Positions 8,972 through 18,285 of a stretch of 64,000 nt of DNA are shown here, in pieces. Both the position numbers and the translations under genes were made by a program. Positions within the stretch are counted from its first letter, which is position 1, and the number at the start of each line of letters is the position of its first letter. The notes below the pieces were generated by a model that saw only the letters and a program-made list of their open reading frames with translations, was not told where the DNA came from and did not search any database. This stretch comes from Sedimentisphaerales bacterium (lineage in GTDB: Bacteria > Planctomycetota > Phycisphaerae > Sedimentisphaerales > SM23-30). Location of the stretch: NCBI GenBank assembly GCA_963663805.2, contig CAXXMR010000011.1:116511-180510 (forward strand), in the 5' to 3' direction.

Positions 8972-10816
8972 ATGAATAAAAAGAAGTTCGTATTTCTGAC
9001 TATAGCGTTAATCATGATTAGCGTGGGAGTAGGCCAGGCCGCCCCGCTCTACCGTAACATTCCCTTCTATCAGGGTATGAACGGTTACAACACCTTCCGC
9101 ATCCCGGCCCTTATCGAAGCTGGTGACGGTACTATCCTGGCCTTTTGTGAGGGGCGTGTCAACAGCTCCAGCGACACCGGCAACATTGACCTCGTCCTGC
9201 GTCGCAGCTTTGACGGCGGGCAAACCTGGCAGAGCCTCCAGGTCGTCTGGAACGATTCGGTCCATACCTGCGGCAATCCGGTACCTGTCGTGGATGAGTC
9301 TAACGGTCGCGTCTGGCTGTTCATGACCCACAACCTGGGCCAGGATACACAATCTGAAATTTCAGCCGGAACTTCCGACGGGGTACGCACCATCTGGTCC
9401 TGCTATAGCGACAATAACGGTGCCACCTGGTCAACTCCGGTCAACCGCTTTAATGAAGTTCAACCTTCAACAACCCGCTGGGACGCCACCGGTCCCGGCA
9501 ACGGCATCCAGATTCAGGCAGGCTCGCATCCGGGGCGACTAATCATCCCGGCCATCAGACGAAACATCTACAGTGACGACCACGGCCAAACCTGGCATGA
9601 AAGTGCCTACCTCGCCGCCGGCAGCGGTGAAGCAGCGTGCGTCGAACTCAACTACGGCGTACTAATGCGTAACGACCGCGGCGGCTCCGGTTACAATCAG
9701 TACAAACGACGACTCATCAGCTACAGCTATAACCAGGGCGCCTCCTGGACGCCCTGGCAGCTTGACGACGAACTCATCAGTCCGACCTGCCAGGCCAGCA
9801 TAATTTCGCACCGCCATTCCGACGGGACACCCGTATGGCTGTTCTCAAACCCTGCCGCTTTGGAACGCGTCAAAATGACCGTACGCATCAGCGAAGACGA
9901 AGGCAGAAACTGGACCACAAAAAAACTTATCCATCGCAATGACTCCGCCTATTCATCACTGGCGAACCTTTCCGGCAGCAAAATTGGTCTGCTTTACGAG
10001 AACGGCCCCGACTGGCCCTATCGCAAAATATCATTCGCCAAATTCGATACCGAATGGCTGAGCGACCCCACCATCTTCCATTGGGACTTTGAACAGTTCC
10101 CCCCCGGCTCAACCCTCTCTACCGTCGCTGGTGCTGTACCTGACCAGCGTGGTTATGACCTGGACGGCCAGGCAGGTTTTGCGTTTGATATTGTTGCCGG
10201 TTCAGAAAAATACCTCGGTACTGCCGCCGTCAGCTTCACCGGTAACGGTTACGGCATAACCATCGACGACGATGACGCTGCTGACATGCTCGACTTTGAA
10301 GCCGACGAAGATTTCCTTATTCGTGTTGTTTTCCGCACCGACCAGCACGACACCGGCGGCTCATCGGGTGCCGGCGCACTCGTTTCTAAAGATGTCGGCA
10401 CCGGCTATCCCAGTTGGTGGTTCCGCGTTCAGGACGGCCTTTTGCGATTTTTTGTCACGGACGGCACGACCAGCGGCTCGGTCTATTCTGATGTTAAAGT
10501 CAACGACGGGGTATGGCACGAAGCGGTCGCCGTCCGTAATACTCAGGACCAGAAAGTCAGAATATACCTCGACGGCCAACTCTCCGGCGAAGCAGACGAC
10601 ACCACCACCGCTTCTCTCGCCAACGACAACGCCGTAATGGTCGGTCGATTTAACAGTGGAACCTGCTCGTTCATTGGCGAAATCGACCGCGTATCAGTAA
10701 TGGCCGCCACCCGCGAACAAATACTTCTGGTTCAGGACGGTGACCTTAACGGTGACTTTATGATAAACTCGGATGACCTGCTTATCCTGCTCGGTAACTG
10801 GCTATATTTTGAATAA
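8972..10816 (+). CDS. Exo-alpha-sialidase (GH33) with LamG domain and dockerin-like tail; paralogue of 3982-5793
   Basis: ATG 8972 after AAGGTG; signal peptide; FRIP; Asp-boxes; AYSSL; tail GDLNGDFMINSDDLLILLGNWL. Confidence 0.9.
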   Translation: MNKKKFVFLTIALIMISVGVGQAAPLYRNIPFYQGMNGYNTFRIPALIEAGDGTILAFCEGRVNSSSDTGNIDLVLRRSFDGGQTWQSLQVVWNDSVHTCGNPVPVVDESNGRVWLFMTHNLGQDTQSEISAGTSDGVRTIWSCYSDNNGATWSTPVNRFNEVQPSTTRWDATGPGNGIQIQAGSHPGRLIIPAIRRNIYSDDHGQTWHESAYLAAGSGEAACVELNYGVLMRNDRGGSGYNQYKRRLISYSYNQGASWTPWQLDDELISPTCQASIISHRHSDGTPVWLFSNPAALERVKMTVRISEDEGRNWTTKKLIHRNDSAYSSLANLSGSKIGLLYENGPDWPYRKISFAKFDTEWLSDPTIFHWDFEQFPPGSTLSTVAGAVPDQRGYDLDGQAGFAFDIVAGSEKYLGTAAVSFTGNGYGITIDDDDAADMLDFEADEDFLIRVVFRTDQHDTGGSSGAGALVSKDVGTGYPSWWFRVQDGLLRFFVTDGTTSGSVYSDVKVNDGVWHEAVAVRNTQDQKVRIYLDGQLSGEADDTTTASLANDNAVMVGRFNSGTCSFIGEIDRVSVMAATREQILLVQDGDLNGDFMINSDDLLILLGNWLYFE

Positions 10817-10859
10817 CTATTTTTTGTTTTAGTGCTTATGCGCACGAAAGGTAAACATT

Positions 10860-11774
10860 GTGAAAACTTCTAAAAAAATCTCAGGTGTAATTGTCCCCAT
10901 TATAACCCCCGTCGATGATCGTGACCGCGTAGACGAAAAATCCTTCCGTGCCGTCATCACCAACTGTCTTAACGCCGGTGTAAACGGTATCTTCGTCGGC
11001 GGCTCAGCGGGTATGGGGCCGCTGCTGACCGAAACCCAATGGCGTCGCGCCATGGAAATCGCCCGCGATACCGTCGGTGCCGAATTCACCCTGATGGGCG
11101 GCATCATCTGCCCCTCTACCGGCCAGGCACTCGAACACCTTGCCTTCCTCGAAAAAACCGGCTTCGACACCTTTGCCATCACCCCAACGTTCTATATAAC
11201 CATTGAACATGAAAACCAGTTTATCAAACATTTCGAAACCTGCTACAACAATACCGACATGGAAATGGTCGTTTACAATATCCCCGGCTGCACCAATTCC
11301 AACATTCCGCTCACGGCTGTCGCTCAGATGGCTGAAAAGGGCTGGTTCAAAGTCATGAAGGAAAGCAGCGGCGACAAAAACTATTTCACCGAGATAATGA
11401 AGATCGCTCGCGAACACGACCTCACTGTCTTGCAGGGCAGTGAAGTAGACATCGAATGGGGCCTGACCATCGGTGCTCAGGGAATAGTACCGGTCTGTGC
11501 CAACTTTGAACCGGCGACTTTCGTTTCAACCTGGGACGCCGCCTGCAAAAAAGACCTTGCCCGGCTCGCTCAGATGCAACAAAGAATACATGAAGCGAAA
11601 TCAAACGTGATATGCGTATCAGAAAACTGGGTCGCCGGCATAATGTACGCCGCCAGCCTGCTCGGTTTTGGCTCGGGCAAACCGGTAGCACCTATTTGCG
11701 AAATCTCAAACGAAGCCAAAGCCCACATCGAAAAATTTATGCAGGCCAAACCTCAATCAAAACAAAAAGTATAG
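10860..11774 (+). CDS. DapA/NanA-family aldolase (N-acetylneuraminate-lyase-like)
   Basis: GVIVPIITP, VYNIP, Schiff-base Lys in MKESSGD; sialidase context; divergent GGSAG motif. Confidence 0.8.
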   Translation: MKTSKKISGVIVPIITPVDDRDRVDEKSFRAVITNCLNAGVNGIFVGGSAGMGPLLTETQWRRAMEIARDTVGAEFTLMGGIICPSTGQALEHLAFLEKTGFDTFAITPTFYITIEHENQFIKHFETCYNNTDMEMVVYNIPGCTNSNIPLTAVAQMAEKGWFKVMKESSGDKNYFTEIMKIAREHDLTVLQGSEVDIEWGLTIGAQGIVPVCANFEPATFVSTWDAACKKDLARLAQMQQRIHEAKSNVICVSENWVAGIMYAASLLGFGSGKPVAPICEISNEAKAHIEKFMQAKPQSKQKV

Positions 11775-11989
11775 TAAATGTTCATATCCTTATTTGCATA
11801 ACATAAAGGAATCCTGAAATTAAAATGAAATTATTAACGAGTCAAAACTTCAATATAATGTAGAGAAACGCACGATTAAGATAAAAATTGACGCCAGCGT
11901 CAAAAGTTTGTCGTTCCTTCAATATTTGAGCGTGAGAGTGTTTTTTTAGCTTGATTTGGACTTTGGACGGTTCAGTCAAAAATCATTAC

Positions 11990-12018
11990 TTGAAATGTTA
12001 ATAATTTTAATATATATT
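11990..12018 (+). promoter_or_regulatory. Candidate sigma70 promoter for the transporter gene
   Basis: TTGAAA-17 bp-TATATT in AT-rich intergenic DNA. Confidence 0.4.
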
Positions 12019-12078
12019 CTGTGCCCCCGGTTTACTTGATTGTGGTGCATGGAATATTGGTCTTATAAGGAGCAGTTT

Positions 12079-14691
12079 ATGAAGCGTCTTTTCACTTTTT
12101 GTTTTATTTTATTCGCTGTAACTACTTGTGCCCAAGCTGTTCCTTCTAACGATGGTTTCTTCATCTGGTCAGAATTCGCCCAGCTGCCCCCTGCCACCGG
12201 TCAAACCGAACCTGTCGGCCTGGCTGGCGCTTTCGCCGGAGTACATAACGGCGCTCTCATCGTCGCCGGCGGTGCCAACTTCGACAAGCCGTATTGGGAA
12301 AACGGCAAATCATGGCTCACCGACATCTGGGTTCTCCAGAAAACCAAAGAAGGCGACAAGTGGCAAAACGCCGGCAACCTAGAACACCCCCTCGCTTACG
12401 GCATGAGCATATCAACCGACAGCGGAGTAATTTGCATCGGGGGTGCCGACGCTGATAAATGTTATAGCGAAGTTTTTATACTCAAGTGGAACCTGGCCGA
12501 AAACAAAGTCACACGTGAGGAATTACCCTCACTTCCGCAGCCCTGTGCCAATGGCGGAGCGACTCTTATCGGTAATGTAATCTACGTCGCCGGCGGAACC
12601 TCGGCAAGTCCTCTTTCTACTGCCCTGACAAATTTCTGGTCGCTTGATTTGGCTCAGCGTGATAACCCTGATGAATTCAACTGGAAGACACTTCCCGCCT
12701 GGCCCGGCCCCTGCCGTGCGTTCAACCTCACGATCGCCCAGCACAACGGTAAAGAAGACTGCGTCTACGTCATCAGCGGTCGCCGCGAAATTGAATCAGC
12801 AGATGGACCAACGCTGGACTTCATGACCGACATCTACGAATTCTCACCGCTGAAATATCAAAGCCTCACCCAGAAAAACTTTGCCGAAGAAGAAGTCGCT
12901 CAGCAGTCCTGGCGTGAATGTGCCCAGTTGCCTATCCCGCTTGTCGCCGCGACCGGAGCCGCCATCGGCCAAAGTCACATTTTTATCTTTGGCGGTGCCG
13001 ACGGCAGTCTCTACCAGAAAGCCGATGAACTGCGTGAAAACCACCCCGGCTTCCCCAAAGACATCTATGCCTTCCACACCATAACCAACACCTGGGTCAA
13101 GTCCGGCCAGGTTCCCCAGACCCACGTCACCGCGCCGGTCGTCAAATGGGGCGAAGATTACCTTATCGTCAGCGGCGAGGTCAAACCACGCGTCCGCACC
13201 CCCATCATCCTCAAAGGCACATTGCAATCCTCTCAGGCATCCTTCGGTGCTGTCAATTTCGGCGTACTGGTTGGTTATCTGCTCTTAATTGTCGCGGTCG
13301 GTTTCTACTTCGCCACTCGCAACAAAAGCACTGACGACTTCTTCCGCGGCGGCCAGCGTGTCCCCGCCTGGGCTGCCGGTCTCAGCATCTTCGCCACACT
13401 ACTCAGCTCTATCACCTTCATTGCCATCCCCGCCAAGGTTTATTGCACCAACTGGACCTTTATCATCCTTAATATGATAGGCATAGCAACCCTGCCCTTC
13501 ATCATGTATGTCATCATGCCCTTCTTCCGCAACGCTGATGTCACCAGTGCCTACGAGTTCCTCGAAAAACGTTTCAATGTCGTTGTCCGCCTCTTCGCCG
13601 CGACCTCTTTCATACTCTTCCAGATTGGCCGTATGGCTATCGTCATGTTCCTGCCTGCCCTGGCCCTGGCAACCATCACTCCGCTTTCCGTCTCCCAGTG
13701 CATCCTCGTCATGGGCGTTCTCAGCATAATCTATTGCACCATGGGCGGGCTCGAAGCGGTGATCTGGACCGATGCCGTACAGAGCATCATCCTGCTCGGC
13801 GGCGCGTTCGTCAGTCTCATCATTATTTTCAGCAATATCGACGGCGGCTTCTCAAGCTATATTTCCATCGCCAATGCTCAGGACAAGTTCCACGCCTTCA
13901 ATTGGGACTTCTCATCCACCAGCTTCGTGACCAGTGCCTTATGGGTAATGGTCATCGGCGGTTTAGGCCAGAACATCGTCTCGCCGGTTTCCGACCAGGC
14001 GGTCATTCAGCGTTATATGTCGGTGTCCAGCCTCAAAAAGGCTCAGGACTCGCAGGTCATCAGTGTCGTCGCCGGGGTCGTCGCCACGTTCATCTTCTTC
14101 GCCACCGGCACCGCCCTTTATGTCTTCTACCAGTGCCAGCCCGAAAAGCTCGACCCTACCTATCAGAACGATGCTATCTTCCCGCTGTTCATCTCCCATG
14201 AACTGCCTATCGGTTTTGCGGGCCTGGTAGTTGCCGGAGTGTTCGCCGCGGCCCAGTCCACGATTTCAACCAGCATGAACAGCATCTCCACCGTTTTCGT
14301 AACCGACTACTTCCAGCGGTTCAATGTATTCAAGACCGACAAGGCCTATCTGAACCTGGCCCGTTTCAGTACATTTTTCTTTGGCGTGTTAGGTACCGGC
14401 CTGGCCCTGCTCTTTGCCACCGCCGACATCAAATCCATCTGGGAATCATTCATGGAAGTACTCGGACTGCTGGGCGGGGCCATGTGCGGCCTGTTCCTGG
14501 CGGCCATGTTCACCAAACGAGTCAGCGGTATTAGTGCCCTCATCGGCGCCTTCGCCAGTGCCTTTGTACTCTACTTCGTCAAGAAACACACCGACACCAG
14601 CTTCCTGCTCTATGCCTCCATCGGCATCGCGGCATGTTTCATAGTAGCCTGGCTCACCAGTTTTGTGTTCCCCAACAGGAAACCAGGGTAA
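12079..14691 (+). CDS. Fusion of Kelch-repeat NanM-like sialic acid mutarotase and sodium:solute symporter (SiaT-like)
   Basis: RBS AAGGAG and ATG 12079; signal peptide; Kelch repeats (LIVAGGANF, ICIGG, IYVAGG, FIFGG); SSS motifs DFFRGG, ATLLSSITF, SAYEFLEKRF, AVIWTD, DQAVIQRY. Confidence 0.88.
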   Translation: MKRLFTFCFILFAVTTCAQAVPSNDGFFIWSEFAQLPPATGQTEPVGLAGAFAGVHNGALIVAGGANFDKPYWENGKSWLTDIWVLQKTKEGDKWQNAGNLEHPLAYGMSISTDSGVICIGGADADKCYSEVFILKWNLAENKVTREELPSLPQPCANGGATLIGNVIYVAGGTSASPLSTALTNFWSLDLAQRDNPDEFNWKTLPAWPGPCRAFNLTIAQHNGKEDCVYVISGRREIESADGPTLDFMTDIYEFSPLKYQSLTQKNFAEEEVAQQSWRECAQLPIPLVAATGAAIGQSHIFIFGGADGSLYQKADELRENHPGFPKDIYAFHTITNTWVKSGQVPQTHVTAPVVKWGEDYLIVSGEVKPRVRTPIILKGTLQSSQASFGAVNFGVLVGYLLLIVAVGFYFATRNKSTDDFFRGGQRVPAWAAGLSIFATLLSSITFIAIPAKVYCTNWTFIILNMIGIATLPFIMYVIMPFFRNADVTSAYEFLEKRFNVVVRLFAATSFILFQIGRMAIVMFLPALALATITPLSVSQCILVMGVLSIIYCTMGGLEAVIWTDAVQSIILLGGAFVSLIIIFSNIDGGFSSYISIANAQDKFHAFNWDFSSTSFVTSALWVMVIGGLGQNIVSPVSDQAVIQRYMSVSSLKKAQDSQVISVVAGVVATFIFFATGTALYVFYQCQPEKLDPTYQNDAIFPLFISHELPIGFAGLVVAGVFAAAQSTISTSMNSISTVFVTDYFQRFNVFKTDKAYLNLARFSTFFFGVLGTGLALLFATADIKSIWESFMEVLGLLGGAMCGLFLAAMFTKRVSGISALIGAFASAFVLYFVKKHTDTSFLLYASIGIAACFIVAWLTSFVFPNRKPG

Positions 14692-14831
14692 TAGCTGTTT
14701 CGCTAAATCCCCCCAGCATCAAAAGTTTTCAACAAAACATTCAGGCCCGGCGTAAGGTTCCGGCCAAGTGCATCTTGCGGGGTTCTTTGAAAAATTGATA
14801 ATACGGCTCATGATTTAATGGAGAGGCAATC

Positions 14832-15230
14832 ATGGGCAAAGCGCGAAAATCTGATACGGAACAGCGGCAGTTTTGGCGGATGGTGCTGGAGACATTTCAA
14901 TCCAGTGGGTTATCCGTTCGTCAGTTTTGTCGGCAGGAAGGTTTATCTGAGCCATCTTTTTATTCCTGGCGCAGGCGTCTGACCCAAGCCCGAAACTCTG
15001 ATTACGACAGCAAGTCAGAGGCGCAGCCGGAGGCCTTCATTCGCGTTTCGATGCCCCCGTCCCAGCCCGGTTCTCTGGAGCTTGTTCTGGCGGCTGGCCA
15101 TACATTGCGGATACCTTCAAATATCGACGATGCATTTTTAACCGGCGTTCTTTCCGCGCTCGCGTTTCGATGCCCCCGTCTGGTGATTAGCATTGAAAAT
15201 GGAGCCAGATTTGCGGGTTTTCTCTTCTGA
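14832..15230 (+). CDS. tnpA: IS66 accessory protein TnpA; native 3' end (LKQAKLC*) displaced to 17798-17819 by duplication and IS21
   Basis: W...FQSSGLSVRQFCRQEGLSEPSFYSWRRRL HTH typical of IS66 ORF1. Confidence 0.8.
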   Translation: MGKARKSDTEQRQFWRMVLETFQSSGLSVRQFCRQEGLSEPSFYSWRRRLTQARNSDYDSKSEAQPEAFIRVSMPPSQPGSLELVLAAGHTLRIPSNIDDAFLTGVLSALAFRCPRLVISIENGARFAGFLF

Positions 15231-15316
15231 AAAAGCATCGAAAAAGGAGCCACTGTAAAAGGCCGATAAGATGTGTTTAAGATACGTAACATTTTAGACA
15301 CAGGAGGCTTAGAAAG

Positions 15317-16804
15317 GTGCTTACAGTGGAGCATTATGAGATTATCAGACGTAAAGTTCGTGATGGGATATCGCAACGTGAGGTTGCCCTGGAGCTGGGG
15401 CATTCGCGTAACACGGTGGCCAAGGCCCTGAAAAATCCGATTCCGCCGGGCTATCGGCTCAGTCAGCCGCGGGTCAAGGCTGTCATGGATCCCTTCGCGC
15501 ACATTATTGACACCTGGCTGGAATCTGACAAAAAGGTTCGGCGTAAGCAGCGGATGCAGGCGACCAAAATGTATCAGCGGCTTTGTGACGAGTATGGTTT
15601 CACCGGCCATTACAGCACTGTCCAGCGGTATATCAAGGAGGCGAGTAATCGCCAAAAAGAAGCTTACCTGCCGTTAGCGTTTGAGTTTGGCGAAGAAGCC
15701 CAGGTTGACTGGCATGAAGCTAACATTAAAGAAAACGGCAGGGAGAAGAAGGTCTACGTTTTTTGCATGAAGCTGTGCTGTTCTAAGGCTCCTTTTGTTT
15801 GTGCTTACGAGAGCATGAAGATCGAATGTTTTCTTGACGGCCATGTCCGGGCGTTTGAATATTTCGGCGGCGTGCCCAAACGCATTGCTTACGACAATTT
15901 AAAAACTGCGGTTCTAAAGGTTCTCAAAAAAGGCAAGCGTCGGCTCAACCGCAAATTCGTAGAGCTTAAGAGTTGGTATTTGTTTGACACTCGTTTTTGC
16001 AATGTCGCTAAAGGTAATGAAAAAGGCGATGTCGAGAATCTCGCCAAGCGAAGTGAAAGGCAGTTCTTCTCTCCGGTTCCGAGAGTTACCGATATGGCTC
16101 AGCTGAATGAGATGCTGATTGCTCAGTGTATCAAAGAACTGGATCGCCAGGGCCCTGCACCTCATACGAATAAAACCATTGGCGATTTATTTGCAGAAGA
16201 GAAAACACATTTATACGAACTGCCTGAGCAGAAGTTTGAAGCCTGTCGTCGAATATCCACCTTTGCGGACAAACAGCTTACAGTACGGGTTGATACTAAC
16301 CGGTATTCGGTGCCGACGGAGTATGCCTATCAATCTTGCCAGGTCAAGGTATTCGTTGACCGGGTTGACCTGTTCTATAAAAATGAGCTGGTTGCCTCGC
16401 ATTCCAGATGTTACGATAAAGACCAGTATATCCTGGATCCGCTGCATTATATCAAACTTTTAGAGCGTAAGCCCGGTTCGCTGGATAATGCTCGGCCATT
16501 CAAGGGCCAGCCCTGGGGCGAAGATTTCACCTTGATGCGAACAGAGCTTGAATATCGATACGGCAGTGAAGGGACCGGTAAATACATCAACATCCTGCTG
16601 CTCTTTATCAGGCATCCGCAAAAAGAAGTTGAACATGCCGTTGGTGTTTGTGTCAAGTGCCGGGCGTTCAGCGATGAAGCGGTGGAAAGCTTTTTACGTA
16701 ACGGCTCACAATTGAACCTTGCCGGCAATCAAGTCCTGGTAAACCAAGGCGATGGCAAACGCAATCTCGATGTTTATAACCAGTTGGCCGGGGAGGTAGC
16801 ATGA
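15317..16804 (+). CDS. istA: IS21 transposase IstA
   Basis: N-terminal HTH; GEEAQVDW, YDNLKTAV, EKGDVEN DDE motifs; NRYSVP. Confidence 0.95.
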   Translation: MLTVEHYEIIRRKVRDGISQREVALELGHSRNTVAKALKNPIPPGYRLSQPRVKAVMDPFAHIIDTWLESDKKVRRKQRMQATKMYQRLCDEYGFTGHYSTVQRYIKEASNRQKEAYLPLAFEFGEEAQVDWHEANIKENGREKKVYVFCMKLCCSKAPFVCAYESMKIECFLDGHVRAFEYFGGVPKRIAYDNLKTAVLKVLKKGKRRLNRKFVELKSWYLFDTRFCNVAKGNEKGDVENLAKRSERQFFSPVPRVTDMAQLNEMLIAQCIKELDRQGPAPHTNKTIGDLFAEEKTHLYELPEQKFEACRRISTFADKQLTVRVDTNRYSVPTEYAYQSCQVKVFVDRVDLFYKNELVASHSRCYDKDQYILDPLHYIKLLERKPGSLDNARPFKGQPWGEDFTLMRTELEYRYGSEGTGKYINILLLFIRHPQKEVEHAVGVCVKCRAFSDEAVESFLRNGSQLNLAGNQVLVNQGDGKRNLDVYNQLAGEVA

Positions 16805-17565
16805 AAGATCCAATGGTTTTATTAAAAAGCTATCTCAAGACCCTGAAGCTTCCGACAATTCAAAAAGAGTATCAGACAATTGCCCGGGCATCCGCCCAGG
16901 CAAACGAATCCTATGAAAGTTACCTGCAAAGACTGGCCGAAATCGAAGTCTTTCATCGACAGTCGCAGGCCATCGCCAGGAGATTGAAACAGGCAAACTT
17001 CCCCATGACTAAGGAACTTGAAAGTTTTGATTTTATGGCCGTGCCGCAGATAAATAAAAAACAGATTATCGACCTTTCGATGTGCGGCTTTATCGACCGC
17101 CGCAGTAATATCGTCTTTACCGGCCCGCCGGGCGTGGGTAAAAGTCATCTGGCCATCGCCCTCGGCCGGGAAGCCTGCCGACGAGGTTATAAAGTGCGGT
17201 TCTTTACCGCTGCTGAACTGGTTAATACGTATCTCGAAGCCCGACAGGAAAGAGCGGTGTTGAAATTAGAGAGCTATATAAAAAAATGCGACCTGATCAT
17301 CATCGATGAACTGGGCTATGTCCCGTTCGACCGTATCGGAGCGGAACATCTGTTCGGCTTTTTCAGCCAGTGCTATGAACAAACCAGCCTGATCGTAACA
17401 ACGAATCTGCCATTCGCCGATTGGCCCCAGGTCTTTGGCGATGATGAAAGATTAGCCGGTGCTCTGCTGGACCGACTGACCCACCATGTGAGCGTGGTCG
17501 AAATCATAACCGACAGCTGGCGACTTAACCAGAGTTTAGAGAAAAAACGGAAAAAAGAAGGCTAA
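16801..17565 (+). CDS. istB: IS21 helper AAA+ ATPase IstB
   Basis: Walker A GPPGVGKS; Walker B IIDELGY; LLDRLTHH. Confidence 0.95.
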   Translation: MKDPMVLLKSYLKTLKLPTIQKEYQTIARASAQANESYESYLQRLAEIEVFHRQSQAIARRLKQANFPMTKELESFDFMAVPQINKKQIIDLSMCGFIDRRSNIVFTGPPGVGKSHLAIALGREACRRGYKVRFFTAAELVNTYLEARQERAVLKLESYIKKCDLIIIDELGYVPFDRIGAEHLFGFFSQCYEQTSLIVTTNLPFADWPQVFGDDERLAGALLDRLTHHVSVVEIITDSWRLNQSLEKKRKKEG

Positions 17566-17812
17566 GAAAGCCTCAATCCAACGAAAAAGGACCAGAATCC
17601 CTATTGACAACGCCGAAATCGGCGTTATTTTACTAACCTAAGTGGCTCAGATTTCGATGCAAATCTGGCTCCATTTTCAATACTAATCACCACCCGTCCC
17701 AGCCCGGTTCTCTGGAGCTTGTTCTGGCGGCTGGCCATACATTGCGGATACCTTCAAATATCGACGATGCATTTTTAACCGGCGTTCTTTCCGCGCTAAA
17801 ACAGGCAAAGCT

Positions 17813-18172
17813 ATGCTAACTCTGCCCCCGGCGGTGAAGATTTTCATTTACTCTCAGCCGACGGATATGCGTTGCGGTTTTAACAAGCTTTCGATGCTGG
17901 CGGAAAACTTCATGCTTCAAGATTCGTTCAGCGGCCATCTGTTTGTGTTCTTCAATAAACGCGGCGACAAATGTAAGATTCTTTTCTGGGACCGCACCGG
18001 ATTCGTCGTTTGGTATAAGCGGCTGGAGGAAGGCACGTTTGAAAAAATCCCCGGCAAAAATAATCAGGCATCAATCGAAGTTGATATTGCCAAGCTAAGC
18101 TGGATACTGGAAGGCATTGATTTATTTCGCAGTCGCCGCCGAAAACGCTATGAGCGTAAAAGCTCGCTATAG
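17813..18172 (+). CDS. tnpB: IS66 accessory protein TnpB
   Basis: PTDMRCGF, LFVFFNKRGDKCKILFWD, YKRLEEGTF. Confidence 0.93.
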   Translation: MLTLPPAVKIFIYSQPTDMRCGFNKLSMLAENFMLQDSFSGHLFVFFNKRGDKCKILFWDRTGFVVWYKRLEEGTFEKIPGKNNQASIEVDIAKLSWILEGIDLFRSRRRKRYERKSSL

Positions 18173-18285
18173 GCTCTTAGAGTTAAGAATATTACATATT
18201 TTCTCATTTTTATGCTTGCTTTTTTCATCATTTCGCTTATCATAATCTCATCGTTAAGGATGACGAAGTTACTAAACGTTACGGA

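Larger units (their letters stand above)
15181..17692 (+). mobile_element. IS21-family element
   Basis: TG...CA ends; 34-bp IR TGGTGATTAG(C/T)ATTGAAAATGGAGCCAGATTTGC with 1 mismatch; second subterminal repeat at 15235-15254 / 17641-17660; 6-bp target duplication CCCGTC (15175-15180, 17693-17698). Confidence 0.95.
15042..17797. repeat. 119-bp tandem duplication: copy 1 intact (15042-15160), copy 2 split by IS21 (15161-15180 + 17699-17797)
   Basis: Sequence cgcgtttcgatgcccccgtc-ccagcccggttc...ctttccgcgct is present twice, identical by eye. Confidence 0.9.
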
